A DNA stretch of 64,000 nt, taken from contig NC_092670.1 in the NCBI RefSeq assembly GCF_964355755.1, forward strand, positions 28,818,388 through 28,882,387, written 5' to 3'. The notes beneath the pieces are model-generated. The model had not been told where the DNA came from. It did no database searches and worked only from the letters and a program-made list of their open reading frames with translations. Below, one piece after another: positions 42,801-53,504 of the stretch. The position numbers were made by a program, and so were the translations under genes. Source of the DNA: Antedon mediterranea. Taxonomy: Eukaryota; Animalia; Echinodermata. The number at the start of each line of letters is the position of its first letter. Position 1 is the stretch's first letter.

Positions 42801-45800
42801 TTGTCCAAAAAAACTTAATTTTCATACAACAGGCAAGAGTTATAATTTGTGATTTGTAATTTTGAAACATAATTTGATTTAATGTGCACGTTTTTTTATG
42901 CGAGCCGAGTAGTTTTGTTTGATTTTCGCGATGCAGTTCTATTGTTGGTCAACTGAAGCTACACATGCTTGTAGTGAAATTAGCCTAAATCACAAACAGC
43001 ATTAAGACACACACAAATATATATATTTTTTTTTTACCGGAGAAATCTTATGTAGGAGACTTTTACAGTAGGCAGAGGTATGCACTCTCGGAGTGGCTTT
43101 CAAGTTTATCATGGTACCCGTCCATTGGTTGGGTACCTGCTAGTGATAATAATTTATACAAAAAATGTACAAATGATTCTTACCATATTTAGGGTATGGT
43201 ATCCTGAATTTGTCACAAAATTCAATGATGACATCATTACGATCGCTTTTGTGCAAAGCTTCCATCAAAACTTGTGGTGTTGCATTTAATCCTACTTTCC
43301 CACGCCATTTTTCCATTATAGCATATGCCACCTCAGCAACATCATTTTCTTTCCTCTCCACTATGTGAATTTCATCATTATTCAATCCAAGACTTCTAGC
43401 AAAATCCTTTATTTCTCGTACCACACGTTTTTTTAAAAAGTTAATCATGTCATTAGTGACCAAGTTTGCCTAAAAAAGTTTTTGGAAATGTGTTTTTTGA
43501 AATCTAGATTCAAAACATGCCAGGTTATATTCAAATAAAAACAAACAAATAATGTACTTTTATATTATTTTGGGTTAGTAAACGTCATCAAAAGTTCTCA
43601 AATATACACTAGTACTATTCATTGCAAAAAAACTATTTTTTTCATCTTGTTACTTACTTTCGATACTGGTTGATCTTCTTTTGGGTAATTGGTTGGCTGA
43701 CCTGATGCCTTAGTGATACTAGCACTGATCAACTTACTGCATGGTGCTGAAGTCTCCTTTGGCTCCACTGACATCAAAGGCCTCTTTAACAAATATCAAC
43801 ATATATTTCACTTCTTTTAAAATTCAAAATATTATATACAGTATTATTAATATAAGAGCATTCAGGGATTTTATACCTTTACCAAGGGCTGCAAACATTT
43901 TATTTGACAGCTCAAAATATGCTTCCCATGATGCCCAGCCATGGCAGTGACCAACATAGTGAAGCATATAAGAGAGTCCACCAACTCAGCCCCACCACAA
44001 AATTGCACTTTTCTTTTTTTTAGAGCGTAAAATGCTAACAAAATCTAAACAGACAAAGGTTTCTCATTCATGATAACACACACAACATCCTGCCATTAGT
44101 AGGATTTTATAATACATCGTCTAACAGACAAACACACATACACATATCACAGACAAAATAATAACCTCCTTTGTAGAGGCAATAAACTAAGATTAACTGG
44201 TTTAGACACTAAGAATAATGTTTTTTTATATTTTATTCGGCAATCAGGGTCATATTAGTTTGGAAGATATTTCAGTACGGTAAGCAGGTGTTGGTTCTGA
44301 AATGTGTTACAAACCAAACAATGTTTCACAACATCCAACTAGAGATCAACAAAGTGTAATCGGAATTTAGCCTTTTTATAAACATTCACAAAATTGAAAA
44401 TTTTAGAATTGATTCTTATTTTTATAAATATTTCTTTGTGTGGATAACTATACAGAATATGAAGAGGTGGACCAAGGATTTTTATATAGAATGGACCGAT
44501 ATTGAGGACAAAGTTGTCTAGGAGGGTTTGGTGGCATGTTCTCCGGGAAAATATTTTTCTAGACGACTGGAGATACTGTAGCATCTGAGGCGTTTTGGCC
44601 GGTTGATAATTATCCGAGTATATAGTGTCTTATGTTTAAAACTGTAAGAGTCTTTAACACCAGGCCTGCTCCGCCTGTTCGACTCAAGTTCAAGTTCAGA
44701 TCACATTGCAAGTACAGTATTAGCGACTTTTCGTTTCGACGCTACGAACATATATCATCTAAGCCCCTTTTTAACAGAGCTGTGTGCCAGGAATATTGCG
44801 GGAATATACCATTACCATGCCGGAATGGTTTTCTGTGAGAACATCACACATCGACATGACCTGCTTTAGACCTACAGTAGTAATATTCTAGGGATATTCC
44901 CCGCAATGCCAGAGGGGCATTCTGTGAGAACGTAACGCCGTTATAATTCCTCGTCGAGGCTTTGACACTTTGCGCGGTCAAGTGTATCACTTTGGCGCCG
45001 ATTCAATTAAATTAACAATAATAATGTCGAACTGGAGGGATAATGAGATAAGAGAGCTGCTTAAAATAAGGGGACAAGAAGAAATTTGTAGCATAATCTA
45101 TAGGCCTAGGGCCTAGGCCATAGCTCTTTGTTGGTGCCTGACCCTTCGTCGCCGCCTTGTAACTTGTACAGCCTTCTAAGGTGTTTTACAGATTGCCGAT
45201 GACGGCTAATTAATTGCTGTACCTGTATAATATGTGCACAATATACTGTACATAGCATGTATTGCATAAATATGCTATAAAGGAAGATAATAATTTGTAA
45301 CTTAAAATTCGTTGCCATATATCGCTAGACAAAAATAATAACAATAAAGGACGCCCTCAATAATTATTTTGTCAGAGACTTTTTATTGGCCGAATATGCC
45401 CGACTCCTTTCCCACAGAAAGCCGGTATATACCGGTTATATTTCCGGCACGATAGTCCGATGAGAATGGGTATATGCCGGTAACGATACCGGCACGACGG
45501 CAGCATAATACTGGTATATTGCAGGCACATCTGTGTGAATGGGGCTCTATTGGTGCATAGCCGGCCATGCGGAGCGTCGTAAAAGCAGAACACAAGCCTT
45601 TTGATGTAACGTTACGGTGTTGAGTTTTCAAATCGTTAAAGATGAAAACTGCTAATATTTACACATTTTTAATGGTTTCATGGTTCTTTCGCGCATTGTT
45701 GGAACATGCAGACGTGAAGTATTGTGAAACCATGGCCGGTCACATGCAGACGGTACCGCATGAAAATTGAAAAAGTTACAGGGTTTGATGCTCAGCCTAG

Positions 45801-47365
45801 GACATGTTTTCGCTGATATTTTAATCTAGGCTTACACTAAAGACAAACATTAAATAAAATTGTTTTTATATTATAATTTAGTTTTTTTAAACTTGTTTGT
45901 TTGTTTTAAAATATCAAACTTTCAATGTGTACAAAAAAGGAGAAAAAAATTGTTGTGTTTTAAAATTCAAGAATTATCAACGTGTACGTATTTTGTCACA
46001 AACTATAAATACGTAATTTGTGAACCATTTGATTTGAATTCGGGTTAAACATCAACAATTAGAGATTTTAACGATTTTTAATGTTGAACTTAATTACTCC
46101 CTTTTCCTGTAAAATTGTTGATAAAATCGTATGTAATGTAAATGGGTGATGCATCAATACCATACAGTATACATGTGTATCATCACAACCCATGGTTTGG
46201 GCTACAAGGTTTGCAATGATAAACCTTTAAACTACTTACAAACAATCAATAATTTAAAATAAGTACTGAAAGAAAAAATCCTGAATCCTTCAACAAAATG
46301 AAGTGCTACAAATAGGGAGTTGAAATTGGGGTAATTACACCCCTGGCATATCTCAGAAAGGACCCCGGATAACCATAAACACCATCTCTTTTTTAATCCT
46401 GTAACTGAAATTGTTTATACCGTAGTTACCGTTTCATCAGGTAGATCTCTTACTAAAGCCATCTCTGCTGATGCTGCAGCTCCACCATCCTCTGGTTGTT
46501 GACCAACTAGAGTATCTTCTGGGAAGGATTGTGGTTGTGTTGCTGAATCTGGAGAAAAATCTGGAGGAAGAAGATATGACATGCTGGGTGTAAATATTAT
46601 GTAACTATAACTTATTGAAGAAATGTTTTTATATCAGCACTTAAAATACACACATTATTGCCAAAATAACAATTTAGAATAAGATATCAAATAGTAATGA
46701 ATGTTCAAAATGGTACAAATATATCATGCGGCGAATAAAAGGAAAAGTTGTATTTAAATAACAAATTTTCATCTTTCACCATATGAAATTATTTCTACCA
46801 TTTCACAAATATAAAACAAATTACACATAAAAGTTAAAGTACAAGAGGCCAATAGTTAAACTATTCAAAGAGGCAGTTCAATTATAGATGGTGCACACAT
46901 AATATGATTATTAAAAAACCTAGTGTGTTTGTTAATTTATGCACAATCATCTCCTACAATCTTCTCTCCTTTTTCATCATCTGTACATCAAGCAAACATA
47001 GTATAGCAAGATGTATTTAATTTTTAACTGACTGATTGAAGAAAGGTATTGTAAATTAATCTTGTATTATCTCTTTAAACAGAAAAACATTACATACGTT
47101 TCTTTTCATAGATGTTGATTTTCGGACTATCTGCATCTATGTTCAGATTCTCAAACGATTTCAAAACATCTTCATAACATTTAGTGTCTTCATACTTTTG
47201 AAGTCTTTTTATTGTGGTCTGCATAGTGTGGTATAATTCATCGTAATTGGATTGCAACTGTTTTAAACTGCACTTTAAATGCTTGTTTTCTTCTTGTAGT
47301 TGCATCACATAATCATGTATTCTTTCTTTGCCTGACATAGTCATGCATGTTCTCAAATCAGACAT
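36849..47365 (-). CDS. Multi-death-domain protein with Q/H/G-rich repeats, ~689 aa; exons (5'->3') 47365-47098, 46560-46430, 43783-43658, 43469-43184, 40660-40088, 39169-38991, 38852-38642, 37882-37793, 37054-36849
   Basis: Nine exons with GT-AG boundaries and compatible phases sum to 2070 nt with no internal stop. Exon 43469-43184 is death-domain-like (IKDFARSLGLNNDEIHIVE...AYAIMEKWRGKVGLNATPQVLMEALHKSDRNDVI). The last two exons form a second death domain (FADLPYGVHSNIRMELN...LTWIAIGLGL...AILDSWQTQANATVDKLYKVL). Exon 47365-47098 is coiled-coil-like. The start ATG and the two linker exons are less certain. Confidence 0.8.
39712..39920 (+). mobile_element. tRNA-derived SINE with duplicated B-box segment
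   Basis: Same family as 3043; CAGGGTTCAATCCTGACCTAGTG occurs twice in tandem. Confidence 0.7.
40311..40541 (-). repeat. Coding 33-bp tandem repeat, 7 copies, encoding QPHHQQGG(A/T/V)(V/F)N
   Basis: Unit on + is approximately ccaccttgctgatggtgaggctgattaacagct, recurring every 33 bp. The splice-phase-compatible frame gives Q/H/G/N-rich repeats. Confidence 0.9.
40723..41840. mobile_element. Nested inverted-repeat element with CTAG-hairpin ends
   Basis: Outer TAACTAGATTTGAACTCGTCACT / AGTGACGAGTTCAAATCTAGTTA; inner ~200-bp arms 40755-40953 / 41290-41490. Confidence 0.7.
42513..42680 (+). mobile_element. HINE-like fragment
   Basis: ATTTACCTCTGCCAAGGAGGTGGTATATG...GTGTGTTTGTTTATTAGCAGGGATTACTCAAAAAGT; a related inverted end lies at ~44120-44183. 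Confidence 0.5.
44762..45546. mobile_element. PIF/Harbinger-like non-autonomous element
   Basis: Imperfect TIRs AGCCCC...ACAGA..TGTGCC / GGCACATCTGTGTGAATGGGGCT with 3-bp TSD CTA. Confidence 0.6.
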
Positions 47366-47837
47366 ATTTTTTTTCTTATTTTGAAGAGTTGAGACTATAG
47401 TAAAAACAAATATTAATAAAAAAAATTAAGTTTTCTAACTAGGAGTCTGTACAAATACCTAGGGCTTATCAAGTTGAAGGAAATGTGTATTTGAAGGTAA
47501 TGTAGTTTATACTGTACTTAGTAGGGACGTACAGGTATTTGTGTCCATCACATGCTTCAATTGTCTCAGCAGAATAAAAAAAAAGCAACTAGGCTCAGGC
47601 CTTTTGAAGCTCTAGTCTATTAAGTTGACGGACGGCGGATGGACGGACACTCAGACAGACAAAAAAATGAGATGAGGCACGAAAAACTAGTTGTAGATTT
47701 TGTAGGAACAAATTTAAAAGACAAGTGTAAAGCTCAGCTTCAGCGTTTGTGCACAAATTTGCACATTTTTAATTTTAAAAATACAATCGAATAACGCTGA
47801 AGTCTAACTAGCCTAAATGCCCTATATACATTAGACG

Positions 47838-48590
47838 GCTCTACTGCAGTTTCGCACCACACTGTTAAATCTTCGATTTCTCGCTTAATATTTTTCTCAC
47901 ACCCACATCATACAATTTTGGGCCATTATGTAACATGTTTCCATGATTTAGCCACCGTTATATTACCTTTATCACAATAAAAAATGCCTTTCAAAACAGC
48001 TCCATTTCCGCGAATACCTCGATCGAACTGTGGCCATTTTAGAATCAGAAAATTGCCAGAAATGAATGTATGTTTTAAGAGTAAGTAAGAGTGGTTTTTA
48101 TAAAGAACCAGCTAGCTCACTGTACATATTAAAACGGCGACGATATGAGTCTGTATATAAAACATTGATAGGACCTATTAATATGAATAATAATACTAAT
48201 ATTATTAATAATGAAATGTTAATTAAACCTCTATTTCGCCACCTGAAAATATTTCTTGCCTTTCAAAACTAAATAGGCCTATATTATTATGTGTAATCGG
48301 ATTTTATAACACTGGCCTCTATAGTTTCTACATTTTTGGGGGAAAATGAAGCATACATTCTGGCAATTAAGTGATAAATATAAGATGGCGAACATTTCGC
48401 AGTGTGTTGACATCGAGTTCAGTATTGTTTAAAATGTTTTGAAAAGTATTGTTATTTTTAAAAAAATACTTCGTAAGTGGTCGAATCGTATACACATGTT
48501 ACATAATATTATGTTGTGAGTGTGAAAAAGAAAAATTTAGGTGAGAAATCGAAGATATAACAGTGTGGTGCGAAACTGCAGTAGCGCCCA
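47838..48590. mobile_element. MITE in the putative first intron of the death-domain gene
   Basis: CTACTGCAGTTTCGCACCACACTGTTA.ATCTTCGATTTCTC vs GAGAAATCGAAGAT.TAACAGTGTGGTGCGAAACTGCAGTAG. Confidence 0.75.
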
Positions 48591-48604
48591 TTAGACATAG
48601 GCGC

Positions 48605-49150
48605 GCCTAGGCCTAGTTAGTAGGCGTTGTTGTAGGCCTCTACTAGCCTAGCTAGATAGAGGCTAGTATATGGGCCATCCATGGCCTAGCCTAGGCTAGC
48701 TAGGGCCGCCCACCTAATAAACCACTAGCCTAACTAGCCTAGACTAGGCCTAATCCATTGAATTCCACGTCATGTTACTTCTGTTAAGTGTTAGTAGGTC
48801 TAGCCTAACTACTAACTAGGCCCCTAACTAGTAGTAGTAGTAGTAGGCTACGCCTACTAGCCTATATAGCCGCGTCCCGCGCCTAACTACTACTGGTACT
48901 ACTAAGCCTAGCTAGCCTAGATCTAGGCCTAGCCTAGCTAGTAGTAGAGAGGCTAGGACTAGGTAGGCCCTAGGCCTAGGCCTAGGTCCTACATTTTTCA
49001 TAGAACACAAAAAAACAAGAAACTTTACTTGCCCAAAAACAGAAAGGAGATTGTACATAGGGCCTATGTTATTTGTAATGGATCAATCTGGTTTAAAAAA
49101 AAAGTGTTTATAATAAGTTAATAAGACTAGGCTAGCCTAGGCTAAGCCTA
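48605..49150. repeat. TAGGCCTA/CTAG-rich low-complexity tract
   Basis: Dense ctaggcctag/tagcctag/gctagc motifs over ~550 bp. Confidence 0.8.
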
Positions 49151-49177
49151 GAGTTTGTCTTTACAGTATCACCTCAC

Positions 49178-49260
49178 CAAGGAAGAGACTACCCCGTGCC
49201 CGTGTTCGATTTCGTATGCTTGCCTAGCTCAGTTTTTAAGCCGCCCTCTACGTTCCATTC
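49178..49260 (-). other. Putative non-coding first exon (5'UTR) of the death-domain gene
   Basis: GC-richer segment ending in a TTG|GTGAG donor (ctcac at 49173-49177 on +), directly downstream of the kB cluster. Exon 2 has a good acceptor at 47395. The 5' boundary is approximate. Confidence 0.5.
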
Positions 49261-49267
49261 AATCTCT

Positions 49268-49322
49268 GGAAATTCCCAGAGTGTCAAAAACAGAGACATG
49301 ACGTCGTTTTAGGGAAATCCCC
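49268..49322 (-). promoter_or_regulatory. Two NF-kB sites flanking a CRE/ATF-like site
   Basis: GGAAATTCCC at 49268-49277 (reverse GGGAATTTCC), TGACGTC at 49299-49305 and GGGAAATCCCC at 49312-49322 (reverse GGGGATTTCCC). Both kB sites match GGGRNWYYCC. Confidence 0.7.
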
Positions 49323-49468
49323 TAATAACAAATAATAGAACGGGATAAATAGATGAAAACTGAACATTTGTAAAATTATATTCAGCCATAAAATGTTATC
49401 AGTAATTATCACTGTACTTATACCAGGCCTGCCCTAGGCTACATTTTCTTCTGTCTCTCCTGGCTTTA

Positions 49469-51135
49469 TCTATATATAAATTTACGTAAGGGCAAAATTC
49501 GGTAAATCGCGCCTTACTTCTAGAATTTTCACTCGATGGTATGTAAAGTTGGTTCGTACTTTCGGTACTGATTTTAACCGCCTGATGTAACCCTGTTTAC
49601 TAATTAAATTGAGTTAGATAATTAGTTATTGACGATTAAAACGAATTTAGGTTCAACGATTTGCCCCAAATAGGGGTGTTTTCCGATCGTGGTATACACT
49701 GTCTAATGGATGTCCATCTTGAAAAATACCCGCCAAAAAAATGCGAGGAGGCTTCGCATTTTTCTATCTCCTCCTACGATAATTGTTTTTAATAGCTGAA
49801 AACCGGTTGAACAGCTAGAGTACACCATCATAATGTTGAAGACAGGCCGATTTTCTTTAAAAAATACTATTTTGATAGATTTAATATACGATTATACAAA
49901 TGTATTGATTTGCGATGAATGGAACATCCCAATCTCTCAGTCTGCCAGAGTTTGGTTTAACACAAGTACTGTAGGTAAATTTATGAGCCCTTGGTTTAAC
50001 ACATACGGTAGGTAAATATATGGGCCCTTTGAGAATAAACTTGCAATAGGTTCGGAAAATGTTAAAAACCAATTTATATTATTTGAATCGGTAAACAGTT
50101 TCCATTTATTATACATTGATAATGAAACATGAAATATTCCTATTTATGTCCCTCGAGGTTCATTACAATTTATATTTAGTAGTCCCACGGACTTCATCTT
50201 AGCCACTCCCCCGAGTGCTAAGGCCAAATTTATGATACCCTACTTTCTATGTAAGTTTAGTTACAGTTAGTTCTTGACGATAATACAACGAATTTAGGTT
50301 ACACCCTTCGGCCGCGAAAACGTTTCTGTACAAATATGATACCGATTGGCTTTATTTCATTCAACAGCGACCATAATCTCGCCAATTACAGGATAGATAA
50401 ACTATTTTATTATTGATGTGCTTATAAATTAAGACTCATGTAAACAGCTTGATTACATCATTTTACAGACAAACGAAACTTTTTTAAACCTACTGTTTCA
50501 ATAACTGAGTATAATACTGTATACGTTTTCATAAGTAAGTGCATATACATTTTCGTGTTTTCATTGACGAGATTGTAATAGTAACTTCAGTAACTATTAC
50601 AGTACTTATTTATTATACGACACAAGACAATTGTATCTGACAGGTACGTACATTATTCTAAAAAATAAGTCTAGATAGATCCCTTAGGCGTCATAAATCA
50701 CAGGCCAACAAATCAGTACTCATGACAGAAATTCGACCCAGTTTGGTTCACACAAATGTTTACAGGAATTTCAACCACCACAACCGATGATTTGCCCTAA
50801 ATATTTAGGTAGACTACAGTTTAATTTTTCACTGAATAGGAGCTTGAATTTCCGATTTCCATTTCGCAGAATGTCTAGGTCTATTTATTTAGTTTGGTTC
50901 TTATAATATATAAATACAATCAACTTTATTACTGCGGTTCCATCACCACCACGTGCCGCCCAATTCCCCGGTACATACATTTCCATTTCTCCCTAATTTC
51001 TTTAGTCCACATAAATTAATTGTCCTTTATGGAATCCAGTATTGGTTTTGTTGTCTCTATTCTATTCTACTGTATTCGAGAACCATCTGTGAGCACCCCT
51101 AGATGGTACGCGAGCGAAGCGAGCGTGCCATCTAG
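49469..51135 (+). mobile_element. Non-autonomous Helitron (family A, second copy) just upstream of the kB cluster
   Basis: A|TCTATATATAAATTTACGTAAGGG...GATGGTACGCGAGCGAAGCGAGCGTGCCATCTAG|T. The first ~480 bp and the 3' end match 19106-20554. Confidence 0.9.
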
Positions 51136-53504
51136 TTATTATAAGTACTGTACTGTATGTTGTTCATAATCAAAGATTAGTAGTCCATAGTAAGGGGATG
51201 GGATGAGTTTTTTTAGGTCCAAACCTCTTTAAAGGTACAGATACAAATAGTTATTATTACAATATCTATTTATTTAAACAATCATGTAACAGAAAAATAC
51301 AATTGTTTAAAAAGGCTTCTGAAAGTATGATTTTTAGCAGATTTCGATTTTGTATTTTTGTGGACTATCAGGGGAGGATTTAGATGGGGGGTGGGGCGGC
51401 AAAGCCGGCGCGCACAACAAATCTGCAACAAAATGTTATCGTCACGTGTGTTTATTGGAGGGAAAAAGTATGATCGTTTTGCTCATTGGTAGCATGCTAC
51501 ATGAGAGTTCTTTTTCCTGAAAATTAGAGGTGCCATTTATCATGAATTTTATGTGCGAGAGTACCATTTCCGACCGGCGTCATTTAACAAAGTTCGCTTT
51601 GCCACAGGTCACGTCGACGGCCCTGAACAAGCACTTTTTTTCAGCTGTGCAAAGCGCCCTGTTAATGTTGTGACGCTTTTACTCAAAATAGGCCTATGGG
51701 GAAAAATGTCACCTTTTAATAGACTATAGTACCTCAGTTGTTATATTTAAAACATCAATTTTTATACATTTATAATAACGTGAGAGTGCTATTTCCGACC
51801 ATCTAGAGGTGTTATATTTTCAAAATCGTCTCAACTCAGCCACAACCATGGTGGGGCTGAGTTAGTGTGGACTCTCTACAGTTGCGTTCTCCAGTTTACT
51901 TGTCAGTTTAGACTGCGCAGTGCGCCGGCAAACAAACAGACAAACACACACGTGATCGACTACATATAAGATAGATAGATAAAAAACAAAATGAAAAAAA
52001 TACTATGTGTAATTTTGTAAGGAATTTAATAATCTATAGTAAATATTTCATGATTGTTGTGAGTTTCCAATGTTTGAATAGTGCTCCTAGAAGGATCGAG
52101 TTAATTGAGAAGATTACAAAATTGACAGTTTATACGGCTTAATATATATTAAATTATTATTATTTTAAAATAAATGGCGACATCTTTATTTCTCTATGTA
52201 CAAGACTAGTTAAGATCTGTTTTTGCCCTTATTAACACCTAATGATGTGGTGTCCACCAGATTAGAAATCTGGACAATTTAAAAAGTGAAGTACTAGGGT
52301 AACAGACAAGATACAACTCATTCAAATGCAAGTGAAATACTATATATTATTCCATTCAGTTGACAAAATCTAGCCTCTAAATTTTAAATAATAGTTTTAG
52401 ACCATTTATATTCCATTTATAGGAGCCAATTTATTGCTATACCAGTACATCAGTTTTTTAATTCAATTTCATTACAGTATTATTTAATATATACTGTATG
52501 TATATAGACTAAATATTTACAATTTTTCAAATGTACACAAAAACATAATATAACACATTTTGTTATACTTTATTATTACAACATACTGATCATGTACTTA
52601 ATATTTCTCTTTCACAATGAATAATCTGAGTATAATAATAATATATGGTAAATTATCAAATAATGGGAAAATAGAATTACACTAGACAGAGTCCAATATG
52701 TTTAAAATTAATAACATTTGTTAGTAAAATATGAAATATTTCAAAAGTGTAACATAATTTAACAGAAGCTATGTTCACTTTCCCTCACCATAAATTATAC
52801 ATTCTGCCTGGAACATGTTGTCAATACCAATACTTATTTTCTTCACTATTCTATTTAGTGTTCAAAATGTAATAAAACAGCAGCTATACATATTACAATA
52901 ATTATAAAAAATCATAACTACAGTACTATATATCAAATTTAAAACATGTTGTAAGACTGACAGTTTAGGTTTGTTCAGATAACAGAATATTATATTAAAC
53001 AATGGTACATATTGTAACAAACAAATTTATTTAATATGTTGAGTTTTAATAATTATTTCTTAATAGATAACTCTTGATCTATCACAAAATACCACTATCT
53101 AGTTGGTGCTGTACACACAACATGCTAACAAATCTCGGGTTTCTTTTAAACAATACATTGTTATAGAGTGTCCTCTAATTCTTCTCACAAGATAAAAAAC
53201 AATGAACAACAAAACTTTATATACATCTTGACACTCCTGAAGAGAAACAATGAACTGATATTACATGAATTTGAATAATTTACTGAAAATGCAGTGTTTA
53301 ATAATTCATGAATATTGATATTTATCATACAGTTTTTTCTAACCCTAACCCATCCAGATAGTGTTAATGGCCAAACAGTTAATACCTACTGTACTACTGT
53401 ACAGTAGGTATGGTTACCATTATATAGTTAAAGAAGTGCTTAAATGAAAAAACTAAGGCTTTATTTATCAAAGTAGACATTTAAGTTTTTTTTTTTAAGG
53501 GAAA

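Noticed and set aside
53339-53352. CTAACCCTAACCC telomere-like repeat (similar at ~26030-26050)
   Set aside because: Only about two units; too short to be meaningful.
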